64,000 nt of DNA from positions 66,030,001 to 66,094,000 of the forward strand of contig OZ241829.1 of assembly GCA_965202585.1 (NCBI GenBank), given 5' to 3'. Position 1 is the stretch's first letter. Each line of letters opens with the position of its first letter. The stretch is from Thalia democratica (taxonomy: Eukaryota). Under the pieces are notes generated by a model, which saw nothing but the letters and a program-made list of their open reading frames with translations, was not told where the DNA came from and did no database searches. This document shows, piece after piece, positions 52,420-64,000 of this stretch. The translations under genes and the position numbers were made by a program.

Positions 52420-55400
52420 ATGATGTATTTTTTTATTAAAAATAAAATTTTGACATGTTATTACTTACTTGTGCTTTGTGTCATGTTATTCTTATCATGT
52501 TCAACAGGGAAAATTTCCATATTCAATTTGCGTCCTCACTGCGGGGAAGCGGGTCCGGCTCACCGCCTTGTGACCGGTTTCGTGCTGGACGAAAACATCA
52601 GTACTTCTGTTAAGAAAAGTTTGCCCTGTTTGTATGTATATTGTATAAATTATCAGTGAACTTTCATAAATATTGCTGAATTATACAAATAAAAACAGTT
52701 GTGTATTGTTGACATTTTTTTAATTTTCTTTAATGTTAAATATTTTAAAACGATTACTCATCTAAAACATGTGGACTCATAATCTTTTCATTGGATAAAA
52801 CTTAATGAAAGTAGTTGCTTCCTTTTGTTAATAAATAATTTAATTTTTGTATTTTACCCTAAAAAGAATTCAGAGAGAGCTCTTTTTTATTTTTTTTTTA
52901 TATGAATTTCATTCAGTTATTAAGATTATGTATATTAACCTAATTAAAAACTACATTTATTTTAACAAAACACTAATGCGCATCTATTTTTAAACTTTGT
53001 TTTAATTTTTGTTTTTTTAAATTTTTCTATACTTGTTTTTTAGCTAAACGAGGTTGTATAAACAAAGTAAAACAAAAAAATTGTGTAATTTCTTATGTAA
53101 CCAACAAAGTTGTACAAACAGACAAGTAACTAACAACCTTTTTACGTTTCAGTCTGCCAAGGTGTACCGTCGTTCGACGGAGCAACGACCCACATCGTCC
53201 ACCAGCGGCAGCCCCAACTGTCCAGTTTCGTCTACGGCGACGTGCTGACGTTTTCCTGCGACGGCCACAAACGGTTTCTTCCTTCCAACCCGTCGCTGAC
53301 TTGCCAGGAAAACGGAAGGTGGGGACCCGACACGCTGATTGGCTGCGTTGAAGGTAAGAAAAAATCCCCAAAAGTATGAGTACAATCTAATTTGACTTTT
53401 TTTTTACAGATGACGTGTGCCCGTCTCCACCGCAAATCGCCTTTTCCTCGCACCACGACTACTACAGGCCTCCGACTCCGGCAAACTCTACCGACTCGAT
53501 GTGGCTTCCGGAAACGATCCTGCATTACGAATGCAGCGATCAGTACCCGATAACCGTTCCCGACGACTTCTTCGGGGCGAAATGCACCAGCAGCGGCGCG
53601 TGGGTGGGCGCGTATGGAAAATACCATCCTTCGCATGAAAAACCTCACGATATTAAAATGAACGACAAGAAGTTCAAGGAAAAGTTTGGAAAATGCGTCA
53701 CTGGTATTTTTAATTTTTAATGTTTAGTCAACCTTTTTGTGTTTATAATTCACTTGAAGTAAGCTAGTAGCAGTTTATAGTTTTTTAGTTAGAAATTACG
53801 TTCGAAAAGGTACATGATGTCAATTTCAAGTTATTTTGATTTAAAAACTAAACTGCTACCACCAGTATCTTTGAAATATGTTGTTCCTAGGTTAACAATT
53901 ACCACTTCTAATTAAGTTTTTAGCAAGCCTTTATGTTTCCAATTTTAGTTTGTTAAAACTTTTTTTTTACAATTGTCTATATTGACCCATGTACGACTCT
54001 GTTCTCGGCATGCTTTTTAGAAATTGCGTGGGATTTTTAAAAGGTTTATAAAATAAATTTATTTTAAAAATGCAAAATTTATTTCAGAGTGTGAGTTTCC
54101 CGATCCACATAACTCAATAAAAACTGTGCTAAAATATCTTGAAGTCAATGCGTCATACTCCATACCTTCAGTCGTCAGGTACACCTGTAACGAGGGTTAC
54201 CATTGGACGCGGGTGGCAGTTGTGAGCTGTCGCCACCAAGATATTCAAGATAAAGGTCCTTTCGGAAGATTAAACACGCTGCTTGGATTCTGTGCACCCG
54301 GTTAGCTTCTTTTAGTTTCAAAGATAAATTTTTGTAAACAAATTACAAAACAACTGAATGTTTTAAATTAACAACCGTAAGTATTTATCTTTTCTGTTTT
54401 TTAATATGTCGAATAATTTAGTTTTGTTAAAGCCTTTCAGCGCAAAGTATTGCTACTGAAGTTTGTACATAAGTTTAAGGTAAAATAAAAAATTACTAAT
54501 AACTTTTAGCTTGCCCGCCACTCCCATTTTTAATACGAAACGGGGTTAAGCGAGTTATTAGGCAACCGAATCGAAGGAGCTTGGTTTCCTTCTCGACAAC
54601 CATACACTACTTTTGCAACCAAGGATTCACTCCGACTTTTGTAAACAGCCGATACAGTTGCAACTACGCTGGGAGCTGGCAAAATTCAGAGCTGAACCCT
54701 AGGTGTTTGAGGCGTAAGTTGTAACAATATTGATAAGTGTTTGTTTATCAGTCCACCTACTATTTGACTTTAAGGCTGCCCTAACCTGCAAAACGATCCG
54801 TACGGAAGTCTTGAAGCATCTGTACAAGCTCGGACTAATTTCTATCTGGCCGGTGACCGAGTTGAACTAAGCTGTGATGATGACTACGTGTTGAGCTCAG
54901 ACTTAACAGCTTCAAGTACAACTTTGTCCTGCCTGTCAAACGGAAGGTGGAATTACGAAAAAATACCGGTTTGTATTAAAAGTGAGTTACGCTAATCAAA
55001 AGCTTTTATTCTTATTCTGTTGAACTTTCATTTATGTAAGAAAAAAATTTAAGACGTTCTTTTATTTTGACACCTACACTTGTTTCAGAAGTTTTTAAGC
55101 ACTAAAATTAGTGACCTAACAAGTTTAGTTGATTCGTTTTTTCATTAGTTTAAATGCATTTAAACTAATTTATTAACTTAATTTTATCTACAATATACTT
55201 CTTTTCTACTCAATTTGTTTATTTTAAGGATGTGACGACCCTCCTCGAGGCGACTTTCTAAATTCCACGATAAAGTTCAGTCACGCGCAAGGAGAATACT
55301 GGTCGTACACCGTAGTGGAGTACGTATGCAAGGAAAAACACACTTTTAAATATCCCGATGAGGACGGGACTCGCACTTGTGAAGGAGACGCAAACTGGAG

Positions 55401-58400
55401 CGATGACTCCCCTCCTGAGTGTGCTCCCGGTTAATAAATGATGAAAATATTATCACTATCCCAACAAATACTTTTAGTTATATTTAAATCTGTGTGTAAG
55501 AAATAACAAATAAACTACACTTAACAGAATGTGAAACTCCTCCAGCCGTTGAAGGCTCAACAATTAATATTTTAAACGACTCATTTATTGAATACGAATG
55601 TTTAGACGGTTATCACATTGACAACGAGTCGAACAGCGTTTTCGAGTGCAGGCTCGGTCCTGTTTGGTTTCCCTTGGAAACTCCTGTCTGTCTAAAAGGT
55701 AAATAAATACCAGTTTTTACTGCAAACTGTTTGTTAGACAAATTTCAAGCGTCTAAAAAGATCCTCTCAGGCTCAAATCAATTTCCTACTCTAAAATTTT
55801 TTAACGGACTATTTTTAAGTGTCTTGAAATGTTATCAAATTTATTACGAGTTTATCTTTTCTAGAATGCAACAGCATACCCGTGTACGATAAAACGTTGC
55901 CCGCTGTTGTTACAAAGAATGTTTCAAGGGAGGGCAAGCTTATAACCGGATCATCGTTGAATTTCAGCTGTCAACCAAACTACGGCCTGATCAACTCGAT
56001 ATCGAGTTGTGGCCTCGACGGCAGATGGACGCCCGAGATCACGTGTGTTCGAGGTATGTATATTTGCACGTGAAAAAATAAATTAAAAACAACTCATTTT
56101 TTTGTTTTTAAAGATTGCGGGAATCCAGACGAGATCGACAACGGATCTTTCCTGGTCAACGAAGAGTCGGATGAGTATCCTGAAGGTGAAGAGGAACTGT
56201 ACAGCAGCAAGTATCCGCACCAGGTGACTTATTCTTGCAACCCGTTTCACTCGACGGTTCCCGGAAGCGAGATGGTGTTGAAATGCTCGAATACCAGCTT
56301 CACGTTTGAACCTGAGTTGCCGGTCTGCTTGCCAGGTGACCAAGTCGTATACAAATGTTTAAGCTCATGATTTGTACTAAATTTTATTAAAAGTTTTAAT
56401 CGGTTTTTTAAAGTTTTAATGTTTCAATTTATTTTAAAACCACAGAGTGTTCAACCCCGCCAACCAACAATTATTCCACGTTTGATTTTTTCATGAGCAC
56501 TCACCGTGTCTACCTACCGCCGAACAGAATAAAGTACACTTGCGAAGCCGGCTACAGAACTTTGCCTTCAGGTCTCAGCGTGCTGCAGTGCGGTGATGAC
56601 GGGGAATGGACATTTGATGATTTCAAAAGCTGCTACACTGGTTAGATTGTTGACTAGGTTTATTTTGATGGCTTAAAAGTTAAAGTAAAACGGTCAGTTA
56701 AAAATATTGCTTAAGTAGTTATAGTATATTTTTATTCTACTAAAAGGTGATTACAAAACTTAATATTATACTGCTTTAGTAATAATAAAAACATTTTTAA
56801 ACAACGTTTTTGTAATTGGAACTATAAAAGATTACTTTAATTACATTGCGTTTTAAAAAAGTATATTTCTAAAAGCTTTAATACGTCATTCACAATACTT
56901 TGAGCAGAGTGTAAACTTTTTTCATAAGTTTTTATATTTAAATAATACTAAACAAATTTAAAACAGTTAAGCAAAAATTACGGAAAAAATATACAAATAC
57001 TAATTAAAGTACATTAGTATAACTTTTTCCACAACTTTAATAGAAACAGAATGCAATTCTGCGCCCCCACAATTAGACAATGCAACTCAGCATTTCAAAT
57101 GGCAGTATGAAGGGGTGCATCTTCCAGGCACGCAAGTCAATTATGTTTGCCAGAACGGCTTCATCATGGCCCCGCAGTTTTTCCAGGGATTTGAATGCAG
57201 CGAAAATTCGTTAGAATACGACATTCCTCTCACAACCAGAGAGTCGTTTACTTCTGGTGCTTGCTATCCGGGTTAGGTTTCAGAATATATATTAATTAAA
57301 ACTTCTTTTTTGCTTTTTTATTTTGTTTTTAAGTTTTTTCCCATTTTGAATTAACAATATTAACTGGAAATCTTCAGACTGTGGCGACTGGCCAGACATC
57401 CCGAATGGCAAACGGTTCACTGCGGATTCACAGTTTCTATCGGACTTGGTAGGAGAAAGACACGTTTTGATAATTTCATCCAACTATTTGTGCAACACAG
57501 GATATCTTTACACGAGCGCAAATAGCCTTGTAACATGCACTGATTCCTCAAAACCACTAGATGTTAAAAGTTGCTCTAGAGGTAATATTTTGTTTATAAC
57601 TATTTATGAACAAAAACATAAACGTAACTAAAATTAAAAAAATAATATTTAAAAATCTAAACAAAGTTGAAAAGTGTATGTATTCCAGAATGTAAAAGTT
57701 TGCCAATTACAAGTATGGACTTTGCAACCGTCGAATATTACAAAAGGCCAAGGACAGACATTAATGTGGGAGGAACAGAATTCAGATTTGTTTGCGACCA
57801 AGGGTACTTCCTCGTGGACCGTCCTGGCTCGTTGCGTGTGAGCTGTGAAAAGCTACGCGACGGTTTTCAAGAAGATCTAGGAATATGCGGAGTCATTGGT
57901 TTCAGGTGTGATCTTAATGGTATCTGGCACTCTTTGGAAAGATCGCGCTGCATTACAAGTAAATTTAACGTACCACTTTGAATTAAACACTAGTATTTTT
58001 TGCATCAAACTAATTGGCATGTTTAGTAGTTGAGTGAAACGTGTTTAATGAATTTAATTTAGGTTGTCTGACACCACCAAGCGACGATTTGGCAACTTGG
58101 AAAATTACCAGCACATATTGGGAAGGAAGACTGTTCACCGACACGGTTGTAGAGTACACTTGTCCTGAAAACCACACGCTGACCAACTTCACTGATTCAA
58201 CTCGTATATGTGGAAGAGACGGAAGTTGGAGCGATCCTGTTGCACCCAGCTGTATCCCTAGTAATATTCGTTATTATTTTTAGTGAACTCTAGTTTCCAG
58301 AGCTTATAGTTTTACCTCATTAAATACTTTTAAAGTAACGTGTTACAATACACATAAAACTATTTTTCTTAGCTGTTAAATCTCACGTACGATGAAAATA

Positions 58401-61400
58401 AAAGTTTATGAACACTTTGGACACGCTACCAAAGTAAATTCTAAGGAGTGATATAGCTAACGTGTACTAAGTAATGATAATTATTGAGTATTTAATTTTC
58501 AGTTTTAAACCTTTATACTATCAATACTTCTTATGACAATCACTTCTGCATTAAAACATACATATGGGAAATCAACTACTTTTTTTTGTAAAACTTACTA
58601 ATTTACGCAGCTTAATGAGTTTAAGGACGTCTGCTTAAGTTTTGTGTTCAATTTAGCTAACTTTAAGTCTTTTGCATAAAAATTTGGCTTTTAGATGGAA
58701 GACAATATATCAAAAAAACTTAATTACTGTTTACAAAAAGTTTGCCTTTTTTGGCAACAAATATAACTGTACCAAATATTGATTAGTTATAAAAGTTTTG
58801 AAAATTTCAACAAATTTCAGTTTGCGAACTGTTGCCAACTTCCATCGAGAACGGTCAATTCCACCAGTTGACCGATCAGCATGCCAGCATGAAAGATGTA
58901 GAAGGAACAAGGAAGAGTTACGTTTGCGACGAAGGCTACCACCTGCTCATATCCTCTTACTTTCCAGCTTCTTTTACATTCCACTGCAACCAACAAGTAC
59001 CTCCGAATGCTGTGCAGTGGAATGAAGTCAGTTCTGGGAGCCAAGTGGCAAAACCGTTGTGCATTAAAAGTTGGTGTTTTTTTATTAAACGTTGTATATG
59101 AAAAGCAATATACGCCTTATTGATAAAAAATTTTCAGGACAATGTAAAGCGTATCAAATAATAACGGATGCTCATTCGTACGATGAGGCAGTTGAAAAGT
59201 GCGACAATTTATCTGCAGACCTTCTTGGACCAACCCTTGACGATGTAGATTATGAAAAGTTTGTTTTAAAACACTTTGCTAACCCTTCTACTTTTCTAGT
59301 TACGTTTATAAAAAGAAAAAAATTGCATTCAAAACAGTGATTGTTTATTTTCAATAATATTAAAAATGTCAACTTATACAACAGGTATTTGAAGGCTATA
59401 ACTCAGCACATGAGTGATGAAAACTTCGAGTACACTTACATCTACGGAAAGCCAGAATTGAGCGACACCTTTTTAAACTGGTGTTCAGGCTTCCCAAAAC
59501 CTTCCGCCTCTTCGATCTGCTATTTCATCCGCACAAACGGCTTCTGCGTTGTTAATTTAGACTGTGAAAGCAAACGGCCGATTGTATGCGAAGTTGACCG
59601 CTTCGAGCTTAGGCCAAGAGAAGAGTCAAACTCATACCAGTTTGCCGACGATGCTTGCAGATCGGTAGAAGGTACCCTGATGTCTACGACTTTTTTCATC
59701 CCTGCTTATATGCCGTAAGTACTTTAGAGAAGTTATCTTTGTTTTTCTTGTTATTTGCATTGACAAATTTCGGTACTTGAATAGTGGAAAACGGTAAGTT
59801 AAAACATTTTCAAACTGAAATGTTTATTTTTATTAAAGTTCACCTGAGTTGACAAGTCGAGCAAAAATAATAATAAGCCGTATTTTGAAAATAGTTATAT
59901 GAACATCTTTAAAATTTTACCACATTCATAGAGAACAATAATAAAAAACAAGGGTTTATGTTGTCACAAAAACATTTTCTCAGGTCAAAATAGTTTTGCT
60001 AAACTTTTAAAAACTATACAAATAACTAATTTCTAGAGGTAACATTAAGCACTTAAAATCTACATGTAGTATACTATACCCAAATTACAGTCGAATAAAG
60101 AAGATCATAGACACATTACCAGGAAGCAAGATGTGGACTGGTTTGCAGCGACCCGGATACGATTATTCCGCAAACGACTTCGTCACCCTGCCCGACGGTA
60201 AAAGAATTCTGATATCTCAAATATCGCAGTTCTGCCGGCGCGAACCCGACAACTTCCAAAGCATTCAGCATTGCGTGGACTACAACCGAGATCGCGGCTG
60301 TTTGAGCGACTTCGGGTGCTACCAATCCTACCAGGCTTCAATCTGCGAAATTGCCGTCTGCTCAGCTCGAGACGCCAAAGTGCCAAATCTTCCTTACACG
60401 AGATGCAGCAGAGGAAGCTGGTACGTTTCAGCTGACAGATCAGAACGACTTGTCTGTTACGCAGGTACAACAACTGTTTCAAATATCGTTTTAGTATTTT
60501 TTACTATCAATTTTGATTCTTCAGATGTTCAGCATTTGTTTTCAGACTTGTATACTACAGTAGAATTATTTTAAGACTAAAAAACATGTTACTATGTAAA
60601 TTTTTCTATATCGTTTTTCAACTTAATGTTTTTAAATTTCCGTAATTACTTAAATGACAACTTATAATTTTTTATAATTTAGTACAATTTAGTAAATATA
60701 TACACGTTTTCGTAAGTTAATTAGGATAAAAGTAAAGTTAAAAGTTGCTTAAAGCTTTCATGAGTTCATTCATGAGTTTAAAACTTAGAAAATATATTCA
60801 AATAGATAAGTATTGCTACCTAAGCTAAAATAAAAGTCAAACTGAATTAAGACTCAAGTAACAAATTATATGAGTTTTGTCTACAATTATTTGTAATTGG
60901 ACTATAAATGCAAGAAAAATAAGTACCGTTTTGAACTAAAATTATAATAACAATATAATAAGTGTATTTGCCACAAGCTCATATCAAGTGCTTTATATAA
61001 GCAGTTAAAAGCTTATGATAAAAATTACGCACAAATTCTGCTTGGCTTTTTTGAATAAAGACTTTAAGCATGTAGCATTCTGTTTGTACATTTGTAGACA
61101 AACTACTTATCTAAAAAGAGATGAACTGATCCTTGTCTATATACAATTCATCAACGACATTACTTTATAAAACAGGATTTGACATCAAACTGACAACGGA
61201 AAAAGGAAGTTGGGAAGAAACAAGAGACATGTGCGAAGATATGGGAGGTCAACTGGTCCACAACACTTTGAAGAGATACGTTGGAAGACTTCGTACATCG
61301 TATAAGGAGTAAGTAGCTAAAGAATTTACTCAAGTTAAGTTGTGTATTGCTACTGAGCAAGTGTAATGAACAAGTTTTTAAAATTTGGTATTATCCATTC

Positions 61401-61865
61401 AAGCTCATTAGATTGATTATTTTTATAAATATTTTGATAAAACGTGTTTTGGACGTGGAATAAAACATGACACTTTAAATTTTTTTTTACCATTTCAAAA
61501 TCTCATTGAGCATAAGTTTTTTCTACAATAATAAAATCTTAAATTAAATATTGAAAAATAAAAATTTTGAAATTTTTCACTTATTCAGTTTGGTGGAAGA
61601 AGCGATTGACAGCAACGATGTTTGGATCGGATGCCAGCGGGCCAAGGACAAAACTTTGAACAGCGAGTTCCAACTGTTGAACGGCGAATATTTGTTCGCT
61701 TCCCGCGCAAACCCGTTTGAACAGCTGCTCTACTATTGGTCGGCTTCAATGCCACGTGACACCGAGCTCGATCAAGCCGTTGTCATAAGGCACGAGAAAA
61801 AAGCGCTCGAAAACTTGCCCAAGTCACAAGAACTTTACGGGCTTTGTGAAATTGGACATTATTGA
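52420..61865 (+). CDS. Secreted-type multi-Sushi (15 CCP) plus 3 C-type lectin domain protein
   Basis: Phase 1-1 Sushi exons: 53153-53353, 53410-53703, 54088-54300, 54510-54713, 54775-54981, 55229-55429, 55528-55698, 55865-56053, 56114-56335, 56446-56640, 57050-57271, 57378-57581, 57689-57958, 58063-58260, 58821-59069 (C..P..G...Y/FxC..G/Y...C...(G)xW...C pattern). CTL exons: 59138-59258, 59385-59714, 60091-60464, 61176-61308, 61589-61865. All junctions are GT-AG and the frame is continuous to TGA. The first exon (52420 onward, hydrophobic YYLLVLCVMLFLSCSTG) and its donor site are tentative. Confidence 0.88.
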
Positions 61866-64000
61866 TTTATTCTGTTTTTATTTTTTCTATAAGTTAGTTT
61901 TTTCTATAAAATTCAAACTTGTATCAAATGATTTCTTCTAAAATTGTATAAGATTTAAATTTTAAATTTAGATTTTATAACGATATTTATCGTTTATATT
62001 TTGTCTAGTAGTATGTTTGATATATTAAGATATGGATAATTCAACAAATTAGAAATGTTCTGTTTTATTATATTTCAATTTTATTAAGCTTTGCATTTTG
62101 TTAAACTCCCGAAAACTAAATTTTATTTGTCAAACTTTCAAGTATTGGATTATAACAATTTTATAATTGTGTACTTTGAAAAGTTTCACTTGAAATAAAA
62201 GTTGTTTTTTTACTTCGTTGTTTACTTATTATACTTTAGTTTTAAAGGTTTGATTTATAATACTAAAGTTGTGGAGTGTATTAAGCAAAATTATATTTTT
62301 TAAATAATCATAAGTATTTCAAGTTTCTAATATAAACTATAAGCAAATATAAGACTTAAAATAGTTTTCTTAAGGACGCTACAGTTTAAAATAAAAAAGA
62401 CAATTATTTATAATCAAATTTACCCAAGGTAAGTATTAAATTTTAATATATGTTTCTTAACATTTTTAAGCTACTTAAAAATTTAGCAGTAAGTAAAGTT
62501 TTTGTCTTAGAAAAACAAAAAAGACCTTGTGAGTAATTTTTGTGATAGTTTGTTTTAACTATGACTTAGCATGTTTAAAAATATCACGAAGCAGCAAATA
62601 TGTATAAATGTAATGAATAAAAACATAAAAAATTAATTGATCTTTTAGGTCAAAAAAAAGCTATGCTGTTTTCTTTAGTCTTAATAAAAAGTGTAATATG
62701 TAAAAAAGCAAAAATAAAAAACTTAACACTTTTTTAAATTGAATAAAAAATAAAAGTTTCTCCAAATTTATTCGAAACGTTTTGAACTTTATAAATAATA
62801 GAAAAGTAGAAAAATAAGTTGACTTTTAAGATCATGAAATTATTTTTTAATGTTTTGATATAATCGAAACAAAAAACTTATTATCTATAAAGCAAAAATA
62901 AACGTTTAAAATGTTTTTTAACTGAATACGAACCTTAGGCTCAACTCCTTTATATTATCTCAAAAATGTGTTTAATTTTATAAAGAATACCCATGTAATA
63001 AAAATAGATGGGCTCTTATATACAAAAAAATGTAGTTTTTGTTTAATCTTAAAAAAATTTATTATACCTATGAAGTTAGATTATTAAGTTTTTTATCTAA
63101 ACTTATTATAAATCATAAGCTCAATTAAGTTTTTTTGAAACGTGTTTATTTTTATAAATATAAACAATTAAAAAATAGTTGAACTTTAGGTCACAAAGTT
63201 TTTTATGATTACTCTATCTAAAAAAATTTGGTACTGAAAAACCAAGAAGTTTGAGCAAGATCTTGTTTGTTAAAATTGAAAAAAATTATAAGTGTAACAG
63301 ATTAAATTAAAACTGAGTAAAAGTTAAAAAAAGTTTTCAAAATGCACGAATATCTAAAAGCTTCTCTTTAATAATATTAAAAGTTGTTTATACTCCACCA
63401 AGTCGAAAACTACTTAAATTTGTTATAAAATCATGTAAACTTTTCCTTTTAAAATATAGTTTTACAAAAAAAAATGTTTTTTTATTTTAAGAAAATTAAT
63501 ATGTCTTTTAAATATTGAAAAATATAAAATACTCGATATGACAACATGCAAGAAAAAAAAATAATAAATTCATCAATTTTGTTCTCTACAAATTGTTGAA
63601 TTGAATTAACAAAATCTTAATTAATGTTTAAAAAAAAGAAAATTTAAACTTATTAATGAAAATATAAGTAATCAAACTAAATAGTAACGCTAAAAAAATA
63701 AGGAATTTTTCTTACCATGACGAAATATACCGATTGAATAAGCAATTAGCAACGCCTTATAATCGTTCTACATAATGAAAATATGACAAACAATGTTGTT
63801 TGCTGTTTTTTTTTTACTTTGAAGTATTTCAAACAACTCATATTGATATTATGAATATGCTTGCGGTACGTTGTAAAAAAGTAGAACGAAAAATATAAAT
63901 TTGTAAAACTTTACATCGGAAAGCTACGAGAATTAGAATATGGTGTATGTCTAGCTTTTAATGATTTAGTTTCTTAAACTTAGATCGTGCATCTTAGAAA
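60543..64000. repeat. Segmental duplication copy, near-identical to 1-3463
   Basis: Direct comparison with the window start. Confidence 0.97.

Overview
AT-rich animal (invertebrate-type) genomic DNA with GT-AG introns, shaped by nested duplications. Genes: (i) a + strand, roughly 21-exon gene (start about 52420, stop 61865) encoding a probably secreted protein with 15 Sushi/CCP modules followed by 3 C-type lectin domains. The last two exons of a near-identical upstream paralog lie at 634-1323 (offset 60,542 bp). (ii) Two defective copies of an intronless, GC-rich carbonyl reductase (CBR1-like SDR) on the - strand: one has a frameshift plus a nonsense codon, the other is cut by a tandem-duplication breakpoint. 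(iii) A ~17.5-kb tandem array of ~1.75-kb units carrying 10 copies of one 139-bp exon that encodes the pre-thioester segment of an alpha-2-macroglobulin/TEP-family protein; 4 copies have stop codons. Mobile DNA: a 4.5-kb Foldback-like element with a 9-bp TSD and arms built of 171-bp tandem repeats, several MITE families (one hAT-type MITE nested in another MITE), a degenerate Penelope-like RT/GIY-YIG retroelement present twice, and a tRNA-like SINE head. An ORF-less GC-rich island at about 50.8-51.6 kb contains a perfect 82-bp palindrome and many hairpins. A 100-N gap at 44270-44369 may hide about 26 kb. The species cannot be determined from the sequence alone, and all protein identifications come from hand translation and remembered family motifs, not database searches.
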